NCBI GenBank assembly: GCA_031414775.1 | Contig: JANOQI010000024.1 | Coordinates: 1 to 64,000 of the forward strand | Direction: 5' to 3' | Length of the DNA: 64,000 nt | From: Synechococcales cyanobacterium VAR_4_metabat_354 | GTDB taxonomy: Bacteria; Cyanobacteriota; Cyanobacteriia; Cyanobacteriales; Chamaesiphonaceae | Shown: positions 19,287-28,560 of the stretch, piece after piece | How positions within the stretch are numbered: position 1 is the first letter of the stretch | Layout of the letters: every line of letters starts with the position of its first letter | Notes under the pieces: generated by a model | The model's input: only the letters and a program-made list of their open reading frames with translations | Told to the model about the DNA's origin: nothing | Database searches by the model: none | Position numbers and translations under genes: made by a program

Positions 19287-20312
19287 CTATCTTAGTTTTT
19301 CCGGGTCAAATTGTTCACCGTAGAACTCCCGTAGTTTTCTCATATCATGGGTGAACCAATCAGATAGCCATTTTTGATAGGTTGAGGCTAGGAAAACAGC
19401 GTCTTCAGATTGAGCTGTTTGAGCTGTAGTTAACCCGATCAGATGAGCGGTCATGATCCCAGACATCAATGCTTTCAACACACCATGGGCGGCGGCTGGG
19501 TCTAAGATATGGGCAGCATCGCCCACTATAAAGTAGCCCGCCCCAGCGGGAGCGATTACCCGTCGCCAGGTCACGTCGGCTTGGCGGACTTGATGAATGG
19601 GGGTTAAGTCTTGAAACTCGGTAGGTCGCCAAGCCCTATCCCAGGGCTGTGCTGTGAAATTCAATCTTGTCCATTGATAGATTTGGGGTTTAACTAGAGC
19701 TGTCCAAGTCCAACCCTGCGGATCGATCGATAGCTGCGGATATTCATTTCTGGCTAGACATTCACCTGTTACATAACCATAACGTGCCATCAAACGGGGT
19801 GAAAGGCGATCGATCCCTATGGCCAAGTGTTTGGCTAACCAGCCATTACCCCCGGAGGCATCGATCGTAAAGCGAGCTGGAAATTCACCGCGATCGGTTT
19901 GTACCCCAGTCACCCGCCCAGCAGTGAGGATGGGTTGTAAAGCCTGACAAGGTTGGACAATTTCCACTCCACCGTTGCGAGCTTGTGCCAGCAGCAGGGC
20001 ATCAAATTCAGCTCGCCAGGCTTGGAATCCCAGCCACGGCCCGGACTCATCGGCTCCAAAGGGGGTGAATTTCTGGACTTGGTTATTCGTCACGACAATT
20101 CCGGGATGCCGGATGAATCCGGCTTGTTGAATAGCCGGCCATACGCCTAGTTGTTGGAGTAGTAGTTCAACGCCGGGATGTAGAGTTTCCCCTGGTCGAT
20201 CGCGCGGAAAAGGCAGTTTTTCCAGTAAAACTACCCGCAGGTTAGCTTGAGCACAGGCAATGGCCGCCGCTGTCCCCCCTGGGCCAGCACCAATTACAAC
20301 AACATCATGCAT
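19287..20312 (-). CDS. FAD-dependent oxidoreductase/monooxygenase, LodB/GoxB-like
   Basis: DVVVIGAGPGG Rossmann motif, RPGETLHP, FDALLL, IDASG, GWTWTA, VGDAAHILDPAAAHGVLKALMSG. Confidence 0.85.
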   Translation of the reverse strand: MHDVVVIGAGPGGTAAAIACAQANLRVVLLEKLPFPRDRPGETLHPGVELLLQQLGVWPAIQQAGFIRHPGIVVTNNQVQKFTPFGADESGPWLGFQAWRAEFDALLLAQARNGGVEIVQPCQALQPILTAGRVTGVQTDRGEFPARFTIDASGGNGWLAKHLAIGIDRLSPRLMARYGYVTGECLARNEYPQLSIDPQGWTWTALVKPQIYQWTRLNFTAQPWDRAWRPTEFQDLTPIHQVRQADVTWRRVIAPAGAGYFIVGDAAHILDPAAAHGVLKALMSGIMTAHLIGLTTAQTAQSEDAVFLASTYQKWLSDWFTHDMRKLREFYGEQFDPEKLR

Positions 20313-20382
20313 GGTAGGATCATTTCAAGATGGATATTGCTATTCTCAAATAATATGATTGGGGAAAAGAATTAACAAACTT

Positions 20383-22773
20383 TTAGACACGCGGACGCTG
20401 TTGAAAAGCCCCACTATTAGTCCGGAAAAAAAGATTACGGCGATCGAGCTGGCAATCATAGCGATTAGCGATCTGGTGACGACGACGCAGCGGTGGATCA
20501 GCCACCGGCACACCGGCGGCGCGGGGATTAGGAACTTCCACAAAATTGTAGATATAGCCAGCACCCGTGAGCGTGGTATTTGCTTTGGGCAAGAGATTAC
20601 TCTGCCAAGTTTGCCAATTACTCACCTTCTCGGCAGTGATTAGCCATAAGCGCGTGGTGGGCACCGCATCGTTGGCCGGGGGCAGTATCCGAATACAAAA
20701 CCGTAATGCATCCATCCGAGCAATCATTTCTTCTGCCAGTACTCCATCTAGTCCATTAAAACCGAAGAGATTTTTCAGTGAATTGGTGACATAATCTGAT
20801 CGATCAAGATCGGTATAGTTGACAAATTTGGTGCCGTTCACAGTTTCAAAGAAAGGACCAAACTCGCCATCACAGCCGTTGCGGGCCGTGACTTCACCGC
20901 CGGTAACGCGAGGATGCTTCAAATGATAACCTAACTCACTATCCATCAGCGGAAAAGCCGTGGGGGCATTAAAAGCCGCAAAGGTGCGCGAAGTATCGGG
21001 GGCGGCGGCTGGCCAAAAAGAATTTAACGCCGCACAGAGCTTAGAATCTTCGGGGAAGGGGCTACCCAAACCGTAAGCTGCATAAAAGGGACCCGTGCGA
21101 TCGCTATGTTCCGAAATATCCCAGCCCGGCGCAAAAACATCCGCTGCCGTATCGGGCAACCAGCTCAGTGGAAAACTAGCAGCTGGTGATATCCGAAAGG
21201 CATTCCCCATTGAGGCACTGCCGACAATCGCCGAAGCGGTGAAATTAGCCGCTTCGGTGCGGGTAAACGCCTTTTGATCTGGAGTGGCGGGGTTGGGTAA
21301 AGTGGGATTGGGAATGCGCTCACTGGGCGTGCGGGTATTGGTCTGGGCACTGAAGCGACCATCACTGAGGGGTGACGGACCACCTTGAGCAAAATGGACA
21401 TCGGGGGCAGCGAGACCGATCGGACGGCGAGCAATTTTTTCTAGCCATTGCTGGATTTCTACTTGATCAACTTTAGGGAAGAAATCCACGGCGGTGACTA
21501 AAGAATAGGCCGCTAAAATCGGTAACGATAAACCGGTAATTCTCAATCCGATCACCCCATCGCAAGTATCATCCAAGAAGTGCGCTGCTTCATAGTTACC
21601 CGCATTCAATTTCTGGACGTACTGTGCTTCGGGCAGATTCATCAAATCGGTAACGGTGGGGTTATTGGCTTGCGCTCCCACTTCATGGCGAATATTGGCA
21701 TATTCGGGAGCCGATCGACCGTTGGGAGCTGGTAATTGCAGAGAAGTGGCAAAGCGGTTACTGGGAGTCGTCGGTGGTACCTTAAACCGGGCAATTTCAT
21801 CTTTATTGCCCACTTTTTGAGTGGCAGTTCTGACCATTGTGGGATGGGCGTGGGGCACGACCAAGATACTGGCTCCCTGTTTTTCGATTGTCACCAAATC
21901 GGCGGTATCTTGGGAATCGCGCTTGAAGGGCGGAGCATTGATATTGAAAATGGCCAGTGGGGGCACAAAGCCGGGATTATCGGCCACATTGGTATGGATG
22001 CGGCGCAGTTTTTCGCTGATGTGATAGGCCACTAAGTCACAGGCACTGATGTCGATCGGAGTGTCTTGATCGACCCACAGACATTCTTTGCCAGCGAAGA
22101 GTTTGTGGACTGGGAAAGTAAATACGAGTTGCCGATCGATATCAACAGTGCGCAAAACGGCATCAGCGCGGGAGGGGTTGCGATATTCGGCGATGAAGGC
22201 ACCGTAGCGGGCGGGTAATACGGCAAAGCCGCGATCGCCCGTTTTGGGAGTGGAGGTAAAACTACGGCTGGCCGCTACATAACGATAGGCTTCGTTACCC
22301 ACTCGCGCCACACCTACCCGAGAATAGGCTAAGTCGGCGTGCTTACCGTGGGGCGATCGGAGGGTATGCCGATATTGATAAGCGGCGACAACAATGACGG
22401 GGTTGGTGAAAGAGGCGAGAGTCCGGCGGGCACGGCTATAAATATAGTTCTCGATCGTATCTAGTTCGGTGATGGTGGGATAGGCTTGGGGGTTGGTGCT
22501 GGGTTTACCGTCGGGGGTGGGATGGATGTCGGCGCTGGCCAGGGCATGGTAGAGCAGGCTTTTGGCGGGGGAGCCAGGTTCTATGGCGCGAATGCCGGCG
22601 GTGGTGAAGGATTCAAAACCGGGGAGGTCGCGGCGGATGCTGCCAAGCGATCGATCTAGTTCGGTGGCTAAATCGGCGGCTGTAATATTTAATCCATGTT
22701 TGTCAAATAAATCTTTCCAGCCGAGGGGAGCCAGTCGTTGGAGAATTAGTTTTGCTTCATCGATTAGGGCCAT
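20383..22773 (-). CDS. Divergent LodA/GoxA-like (putative CTQ-dependent) oxidase
   Basis: Ordered motifs GVARVGN (154-160), FLDDTCDGVI (D401), AYSLVTAVDFFP, FAPGWD (547-552), PFPEDSKLC (D576, C580), FWPAAAPD (W587). Directly upstream of a LodB-like flavoprotein. Confidence 0.7.
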   Translation of the reverse strand: MALIDEAKLILQRLAPLGWKDLFDKHGLNITAADLATELDRSLGSIRRDLPGFESFTTAGIRAIEPGSPAKSLLYHALASADIHPTPDGKPSTNPQAYPTITELDTIENYIYSRARRTLASFTNPVIVVAAYQYRHTLRSPHGKHADLAYSRVGVARVGNEAYRYVAASRSFTSTPKTGDRGFAVLPARYGAFIAEYRNPSRADAVLRTVDIDRQLVFTFPVHKLFAGKECLWVDQDTPIDISACDLVAYHISEKLRRIHTNVADNPGFVPPLAIFNINAPPFKRDSQDTADLVTIEKQGASILVVPHAHPTMVRTATQKVGNKDEIARFKVPPTTPSNRFATSLQLPAPNGRSAPEYANIRHEVGAQANNPTVTDLMNLPEAQYVQKLNAGNYEAAHFLDDTCDGVIGLRITGLSLPILAAYSLVTAVDFFPKVDQVEIQQWLEKIARRPIGLAAPDVHFAQGGPSPLSDGRFSAQTNTRTPSERIPNPTLPNPATPDQKAFTRTEAANFTASAIVGSASMGNAFRISPAASFPLSWLPDTAADVFAPGWDISEHSDRTGPFYAAYGLGSPFPEDSKLCAALNSFWPAAAPDTSRTFAAFNAPTAFPLMDSELGYHLKHPRVTGGEVTARNGCDGEFGPFFETVNGTKFVNYTDLDRSDYVTNSLKNLFGFNGLDGVLAEEMIARMDALRFCIRILPPANDAVPTTRLWLITAEKVSNWQTWQSNLLPKANTTLTGAGYIYNFVEVPNPRAAGVPVADPPLRRRHQIANRYDCQLDRRNLFFRTNSGAFQQRPRV

Positions 22774-23213
22774 GGTGGTTGCACTCTGTTATGAAAGTTG
22801 TTATTCAGTTGTTGGTGATGGCTGAATGGGCAAAACTCTCATAACGCGGTGGGGAGACAAATTCAAAATTGGTTTTGTCTGAGCAGGGGTTACGGTGATG
22901 TTCAGCTGTGATTCAGCGCTGGCGGGGTTTTGATGTTTGATGAGTTGAGGATAGCATGTGTTTTTGGGTGGGGCAGTAAGAAAAAGTATGTTTTTAGATT
23001 TGGGGCTGGAATTCGGTTTGTACCGGGCTGGTTGGGGAGAAATGTGATGTTTTGATGGAGCTATTATTTAATGTTTCTTAATATTATATATTTTGGTATT
23101 CCTCGGCTGTTGTGGGGGAAGATGATCTGATTTGAGGAGCGATTTGGGGATTTTGATTGGGGTGATTTATGTTACTGATGGTAGTATGGATATCACTTTT
23201 AACTAGCGTAATC

Positions 23214-25292
23214 ATGGCCTTAGACTTTTCTGGTCAAAATCTGCGAGGTCGATCGTTCAGGGGGCAAGACCTGGCCGGGGCGAATTTTAGCTTTGCCGAT
23301 ATTCGGGGAGCAAATTTTGCTGGCGCTAAGTTGCAGGATGCCAATTTTTTTAAGGTTACGGCGGGTTTGCAAAAACGCTGGGCATGGGTGTTAGTAGGAT
23401 TGAGTTGGTTAGCCGCTGGAATCTCGGGCTTTTTTAGTGCTTTCACCGGATATATCATCGTTGGGTTTATCACTGCCGCGCCAACAGCAGCAGACCATCA
23501 AGTCTATCAGGCATGTGGATGGAGTGCATTAGTAGTTGTAGCTATCATATTAATTTTGTTGCTATGGCGTGGACTTTCCGGAGCCGGAATCGGAGCCTTA
23601 GCCGGAGTTGGAGTTGTAGTTGCAGCCTTAGCCTTAACCTTAACCTCAACCTTAGCTATAGCCGGAGTCGGAGCCATAGCCGGAGCCATAGCTGGAGCTG
23701 TAGCCTTAGCCATAGTTGTAATTGAAACCTTGGTCATAGTTGTAGCCGGAGCCTTGGTGTTAGCCGGAGCCTTAGCTGGAGCTGTAGTTGCGCCTGTATT
23801 TGCACCTGGAATACCTTTCTCAGCCTCAGCCTTGGCCGAAGTCGCAACTATATCATTATGTAGTGGTTTTATTGCTTGGCGAGCAACACAAGGTGATGAT
23901 AAATATGCTTCTATTCGAGACCTGGCTGTAGCTTTGGCATCTTTTCGAGGGACGAGCTTTCGCAGAACCAATCTCACAAATGCTAATTTTGCCGATGCCA
24001 ACCTCAAAAGTAGCGATTTTCGGCAGGCTATTTTGGTCGGCACTCACTTTCGCAATGTTACCAAACTCGATTTGGCTCGTCCCGGCAATAGTTATCTAAA
24101 AAGCAGACAACTCCGCCAACTAATTGTCAGTGGCGATGTAAAAGATAAAAATTTTGACAGACAAGATTTGCGTGGCATCAACCTACAAGGTGCTCATCTA
24201 GTCGGAGCTAGCTTTATTGGTGCCGATCTCAGCAATGCCAATCTGCAAGAGGCTGATCTCTCCCAATCCAAGTTAGTGCAAGCCCAAGTGGATGGCACCG
24301 ATTTCACTGGTGCTACTCTAACTGGAGCCTTTATTCAAGATTGGAACATCACCACCACCACCAAATTTGATGGCGTAAAATGTGAATACATCTACATGCG
24401 CCAACCTACCCCCGATAACCCCGAACCTCACCGCAAACCAGATAACCGCCAAGAAGAATTTGCCGACGGGGAATTTGGCGACTTCATCAAACCGATATTT
24501 GATACCCTTGACCTCTACCACAGCCAAGGAGTCGATCCCCGTGCCATTGCCATCGCCTTCAAGGAACTAGCCGAAAGACATCCTGATGCCAGACTAGCAA
24601 TTGTAGCAATCGAAAAACGTGGAGAGGATAAAATCTTGTTACGTGCCCAGACTGCGCCACAAGCTGATAAATCTGCATTAAGTGCAGAATATCATGATGC
24701 CTACAATCGGATTAAAGGTTTATCCCCAGAGCAAATTGCGATAATTATCACAGAAAAAGATGACCGGATCAAATGGTTACAGCAAACGATCGAAACAACC
24801 CTGCAACGCCCCAATTACTTTTCCAACCATAATATTCACAAGGTAGATACCATGACTAACAATCCATGTAGTTTTTCCGTCGGAGACAACATGAGCGGCA
24901 AAATCAACAACGTTCAAGGCGACGGCAATCGCACCATCCAAGGCAACGACAACCAAATCGATCGATCCACCGCCCCCACCAACAATCTCAGCCAAGCAGA
25001 AATCCTCAACCAATTAACCAAAATCGTTGATTTGATAAAACAATCCGAACTACCCCCCGATACCAAAACCGAAATCATCGAAGACCTCACTGCCGTCCAA
25101 ACCGCCACCGACAAACCAGAACCCAACAAAACCTTCGCCCTAGAACGCTTAGAAAGCGCCGCCACCTCCATCGAAAAAACCAGCAAAACCCTCGAAGCCA
25201 CTCAAAAAATATGGACAATGGCCAAACCGATGATGCTACCGATCGCTAAATGGTTAGGTGCAGCAGCTGGCTCCACGCTGCTGGGCTTATAA
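23214..25292 (+). CDS. Pentapeptide-repeat membrane protein
   Basis: MALDFSGQNLRGRSF, A(D/N)LxG repeats flanking an Ala/Gly-rich multi-TM region, IQDWNI...CEYIY, C-terminal Asn/Gln-rich and helical domain. ATG at 23214 preferred to 23169. Confidence 0.9.
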   Translation: MALDFSGQNLRGRSFRGQDLAGANFSFADIRGANFAGAKLQDANFFKVTAGLQKRWAWVLVGLSWLAAGISGFFSAFTGYIIVGFITAAPTAADHQVYQACGWSALVVVAIILILLLWRGLSGAGIGALAGVGVVVAALALTLTSTLAIAGVGAIAGAIAGAVALAIVVIETLVIVVAGALVLAGALAGAVVAPVFAPGIPFSASALAEVATISLCSGFIAWRATQGDDKYASIRDLAVALASFRGTSFRRTNLTNANFADANLKSSDFRQAILVGTHFRNVTKLDLARPGNSYLKSRQLRQLIVSGDVKDKNFDRQDLRGINLQGAHLVGASFIGADLSNANLQEADLSQSKLVQAQVDGTDFTGATLTGAFIQDWNITTTTKFDGVKCEYIYMRQPTPDNPEPHRKPDNRQEEFADGEFGDFIKPIFDTLDLYHSQGVDPRAIAIAFKELAERHPDARLAIVAIEKRGEDKILLRAQTAPQADKSALSAEYHDAYNRIKGLSPEQIAIIITEKDDRIKWLQQTIETTLQRPNYFSNHNIHKVDTMTNNPCSFSVGDNMSGKINNVQGDGNRTIQGNDNQIDRSTAPTNNLSQAEILNQLTKIVDLIKQSELPPDTKTEIIEDLTAVQTATDKPEPNKTFALERLESAATSIEKTSKTLEATQKIWTMAKPMMLPIAKWLGAAAGSTLLGL
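23578..23790 (+). repeat. Coding low-complexity 6/12-bp repeats (GCCGGA, GGAGCCATAGCC, GCCTTA) encoding AGA/AIAG tracts
   Basis: For example gccggagtcggagccatagccggagccatagctggagctgtagccttagcc. Confidence 0.7.
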
Positions 25293-25344
25293 CTTAGAGA
25301 AATAAACCTCTTGCCCATAAATCCTATGATAATTAGAAAAGCCG

Positions 25345-26883
25345 TTATTTTTGCATTCGATCGATCGTCCGGTACTGAATAGATTCCGCTAAGTGTGAAG
25401 ATTTCAATTGCTCGTTCCCAGCCAAATCTGCAATCGTCCGCGCCACCTTAATAATCCGATCGCTAGCCCGCGCCGACAAACCCAATCGATCGATCGCTTT
25501 CTCCAGCAACAATCGACTATTTTCATCCAGCACACACCACTGCTGTAGTTCCTTGCTCTGCATCTGGGCATTACACAATATAGTGGTTCCCTGGAAGCGC
25601 TGCTGGGCAATTTGCCGAGCCACCTGTACCCGCTGCCGCACAGTTTCTGTCGATTCCCCCATAGACTGACGGGTGATTTCTTCTGGTTTTAAACGATTGA
25701 CCGCCACTTGCAGATCAATCCGATCCATTAGTGGACCCGAAAGCTTTGCCCAGTATTGCTCGCGCTGGCGAGGTGCACAGGTGCAAGCTTGAATATTGTC
25801 ACCATAATAGCCACAAGGACAAGGATTAGTACTGGCTACTAGCGTAAACTGCGCTGGAAAAGAAACCGATTGGCGAGTGCGCGAAATTGTCACAAAACCA
25901 TCTTCCAGGGGCTGGCGTAAAAATTCCAACACATCGCGCTTGAACTCGGTCAGCTCATCTAAAAACAACACCCCCCGATGTGCCAAAGAGATTTCGCCGG
26001 GACGAGGAAAACTGCCACCGCCTACCAGTGCTGGGCCAGAAGCAGAATGGTGGGGACTCCGAAACGGTCGATCGGCAATTAATGAACCACGATTTTTTAG
26101 TAGTCCCGCCACCGAATGAATTTGGGTAACTTCTAGGGCTTCCGCAAACGACAAGTCTGGCAAAATACCAGGGAGGCGGCGCGCCAGCATCGTCTTACCA
26201 CTACCCGGTGGCCCGACAAACACCAAGTTGTGACCACCAGCGGCGGCAATTTCCAAAGCGCGGCGGGCATGGGCTTGGCCTTTCACATCTTTTAGGTCGT
26301 TGAAATGATTAGTTTGATGTTTGCGGTCTGGGACATTAGCAATCACTGGCGAGAATTGATCACCAAGGCGATTAGGTTGTTGCAAAAAACTGATCACCTC
26401 TTGGAGACTGCTCAAGCCATAGACTTTCAGGTCTTTGACAACAGCAGCTTCCTGGGCATTATCCACCGGGACAATCATTCCGGTAATCCCTAAGCGTTGG
26501 GCAGCGGCAGCGATCGGCAACACCCCAGCGACTGGTCGCAAGCTCCCATCCAAGGACAGCTCTCCCAAAAATAAATAGTCGCCCAGCAATTCACCATTAA
26601 CCTGGCCAGAGGCGGCTAAAATGCCAACGCTAATTGGTAAATCAAATATTGGACCTTCTTTCCGCAAATCGGCGGGTGTTAGGTTAATCACAATCCGTTT
26701 CAACGGATAGCTGGCTCCGGCATTCTTAATTGCAGTTTTAACTCGCTCGCGAGATTCTTGGACGGCAGCGTCTGGCAAACCGACTAAGCTCACTCCCGGC
26801 AACCCATTAGAAACATCCACTTCTACGCCTACTTTGATGGCATCAATACCCAAAATTGCCGCGCTCCAGACCCTTGCTAACAC
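25345..26883 (-). CDS. comM: YifB/ComM Mg-chelatase-like AAA ATPase
   Basis: VGLPDAAVQESRERV, INLTPADLRKEG, GPPGSGKTMLA, PFRSPHHSAS, LFLDE, NPCPCG. GTG start. Confidence 0.95.
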   Translation of the reverse strand: MLARVWSAAILGIDAIKVGVEVDVSNGLPGVSLVGLPDAAVQESRERVKTAIKNAGASYPLKRIVINLTPADLRKEGPIFDLPISVGILAASGQVNGELLGDYLFLGELSLDGSLRPVAGVLPIAAAAQRLGITGMIVPVDNAQEAAVVKDLKVYGLSSLQEVISFLQQPNRLGDQFSPVIANVPDRKHQTNHFNDLKDVKGQAHARRALEIAAAGGHNLVFVGPPGSGKTMLARRLPGILPDLSFAEALEVTQIHSVAGLLKNRGSLIADRPFRSPHHSASGPALVGGGSFPRPGEISLAHRGVLFLDELTEFKRDVLEFLRQPLEDGFVTISRTRQSVSFPAQFTLVASTNPCPCGYYGDNIQACTCAPRQREQYWAKLSGPLMDRIDLQVAVNRLKPEEITRQSMGESTETVRQRVQVARQIAQQRFQGTTILCNAQMQSKELQQWCVLDENSRLLLEKAIDRLGLSARASDRIIKVARTIADLAGNEQLKSSHLAESIQYRTIDRMQK

Positions 26884-27257
26884 CCAAACCTCTGCTTATT
26901 GCTATTATTTGCACTATCTAGGTTCAGGGTAACTATTTTAATTAAATAGTGTAATCAGTCAATCTGCCGATTTAACTCGGAGCAATAAAGTATCTAAAAA
27001 TAGGCTAAGAGCAACATCTTGAGTTTATTTTGTTGAGAATAACGACTTAATCAATCCTAAATATTCAGATCTAGAACTACAAACAGAACAGATATTAGAG
27101 TTTCAGTTCGACAGCTAAAGGTGTAAGAAAATCTTGCTTTCTCACAAATCTTTACCCCACTACTAGTCATTATTGGCATCCCAGGAATCATTGCCGACTC
27201 GTCACCAACAGCTGGATAATGAACGGAGTTAAATTCAGAAAAGTTTTAAAATAACCG

Positions 27258-28268
27258 ATGGATAGTAGTTTAATTCTGTCAAATATTTTGAATCCGCCGG
27301 TTCTATTCTTCTTTCTAGGAATGCTGGCGGTGTTTGTCCAATCCGATTTAGAAATACCGAATCCGCTGCCCAAGTTGTTTTCACTGTACTTGCTAGTATC
27401 GATCGGCTTTAAGGGCGGCCATGAGTTGTATGAAAGCGGTCTTAGCCCTCAGATCTTGGGAACTCTGGCTGCTGCGGTGGTAATGGCCTCGGTCGTCCCG
27501 ATCTATTCCTTTTTTATTCTGAGGATCAAACTGGATATCTATAATGCCGCTGCGATCGCAGCTACTTATGGATCGATCAGTGCGGTAACTTTCATTACGG
27601 CTAGCTCCTTGCTGGATAAGCTGCAAATTTCCCACGGTGGCCACATGGTAGCTGCTTTGGCTCTGATGGAGTCACCGGCAATTGTGGTGGGCTTAATTTT
27701 GGTTCGTGTTTTTGCCGTCAAACAACAGGAGTTTTCGGAAGACGGCGAGCCGATCGAGAATTCTGGCACTTCCTGGGGCGAGGTGCTGCACGAAGCCTTT
27801 TTAAATGGCTCAGTCTTGCTGCTGATTGGCAGTGTCATCATTGGCGTGTTGGTGGGTAAAGAAGGTTGGGGAAAAGTACATCTGTTTGTGGAAAAAGATA
27901 TTTTCTATGGGGCATTGATGTTCTTTTTAATGGATATGGGATTGGTGGCGGCTCGCCGGATTCGCGATTTAAAGCAGACTGGTTTTTTCTTAATTGGGTT
28001 TTCAGTTTTGATGCCGGTTGCTAATGCCATTATCGCGATCCTGGTGGCCAAGATGCTAGGGATGCATCAAGGCGATGCCTTACTCTTTGCCGTGCTTTGT
28101 GCCAGTGCTTCTTATATCGCCGTGCCCGCAGCAATGCGGATGACGGTGCCAGAAGCTAATCCGAGCTTATATGTTTCGATGGCTTTGGCTCTAACCTTTC
28201 CGTTTAACATTATTGTCGGGATTCCGATTTATCTACAAACAATTAAATTACTGGGATTTGAAGTCTAA
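27258..28268 (+). CDS. sbtA: SbtA-family sodium-dependent bicarbonate transporter (short DUF897 type)
   Basis: SDLEIP, YLLVSIGFKGG, YGSISAVTF, ALMESPA, ASASYIAVPAAMR, TFPFNI. Confidence 0.9.
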   Translation: MDSSLILSNILNPPVLFFFLGMLAVFVQSDLEIPNPLPKLFSLYLLVSIGFKGGHELYESGLSPQILGTLAAAVVMASVVPIYSFFILRIKLDIYNAAAIAATYGSISAVTFITASSLLDKLQISHGGHMVAALALMESPAIVVGLILVRVFAVKQQEFSEDGEPIENSGTSWGEVLHEAFLNGSVLLLIGSVIIGVLVGKEGWGKVHLFVEKDIFYGALMFFLMDMGLVAARRIRDLKQTGFFLIGFSVLMPVANAIIAILVAKMLGMHQGDALLFAVLCASASYIAVPAAMRMTVPEANPSLYVSMALALTFPFNIIVGIPIYLQTIKLLGFEV

Positions 28269-28272
28269 ACCT

Positions 28273-28560
28273 ATGCTGAAAACTGTGAAAAAAGTGGAAA
28301 TTATTGTAAGTGAGCTGGAAATTCCAGCCATTCTCAAAATTCTGAAAAAAAACCTGGTCAAAAACTATACCGTCATCAACAATCTCTCGGGGAGTGGTGA
28401 ACACGGTTATTCTGGCGATGATTTAATTACTAACAGTTGCATTATGGTGATCTGTACTGAGCCAGAGATGCCAGAACAGTTGTCTAAAGCCATGGAACCG
28501 GTTATGAAAAAATTGGGTGGAATTTTTATTGTGACCGATGCTCAATGGATTGCTCACTAA
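28273..28560 (+). CDS. sbtB: P-II-like regulator (SbtB-like)
   Basis: MLKTVKKVEII...YTVI...SGSGEHG...GGIFIVTDA. ATG at 28273, 4 bp after sbtA. Confidence 0.8.
   Translation: MLKTVKKVEIIVSELEIPAILKILKKNLVKNYTVINNLSGSGEHGYSGDDLITNSCIMVICTEPEMPEQLSKAMEPVMKKLGGIFIVTDAQWIAH

Noticed and set aside
19287..20312. Flavin-dependent halogenase call for the FAD enzyme
   Set aside because: It has GWTWTAL rather than the full WxWxIP motif, and no flavin reductase or biosynthetic cluster is nearby. Linkage to the LodA-like gene fits a LodB/GoxB role better.
22774..23213. Small ORF or precursor peptide upstream of the LodA-like gene
   Set aside because: The minus-strand ATG ORFs I checked are only 13-14 codons (for example MLSSTHQTSKPRQR) with no supporting features.
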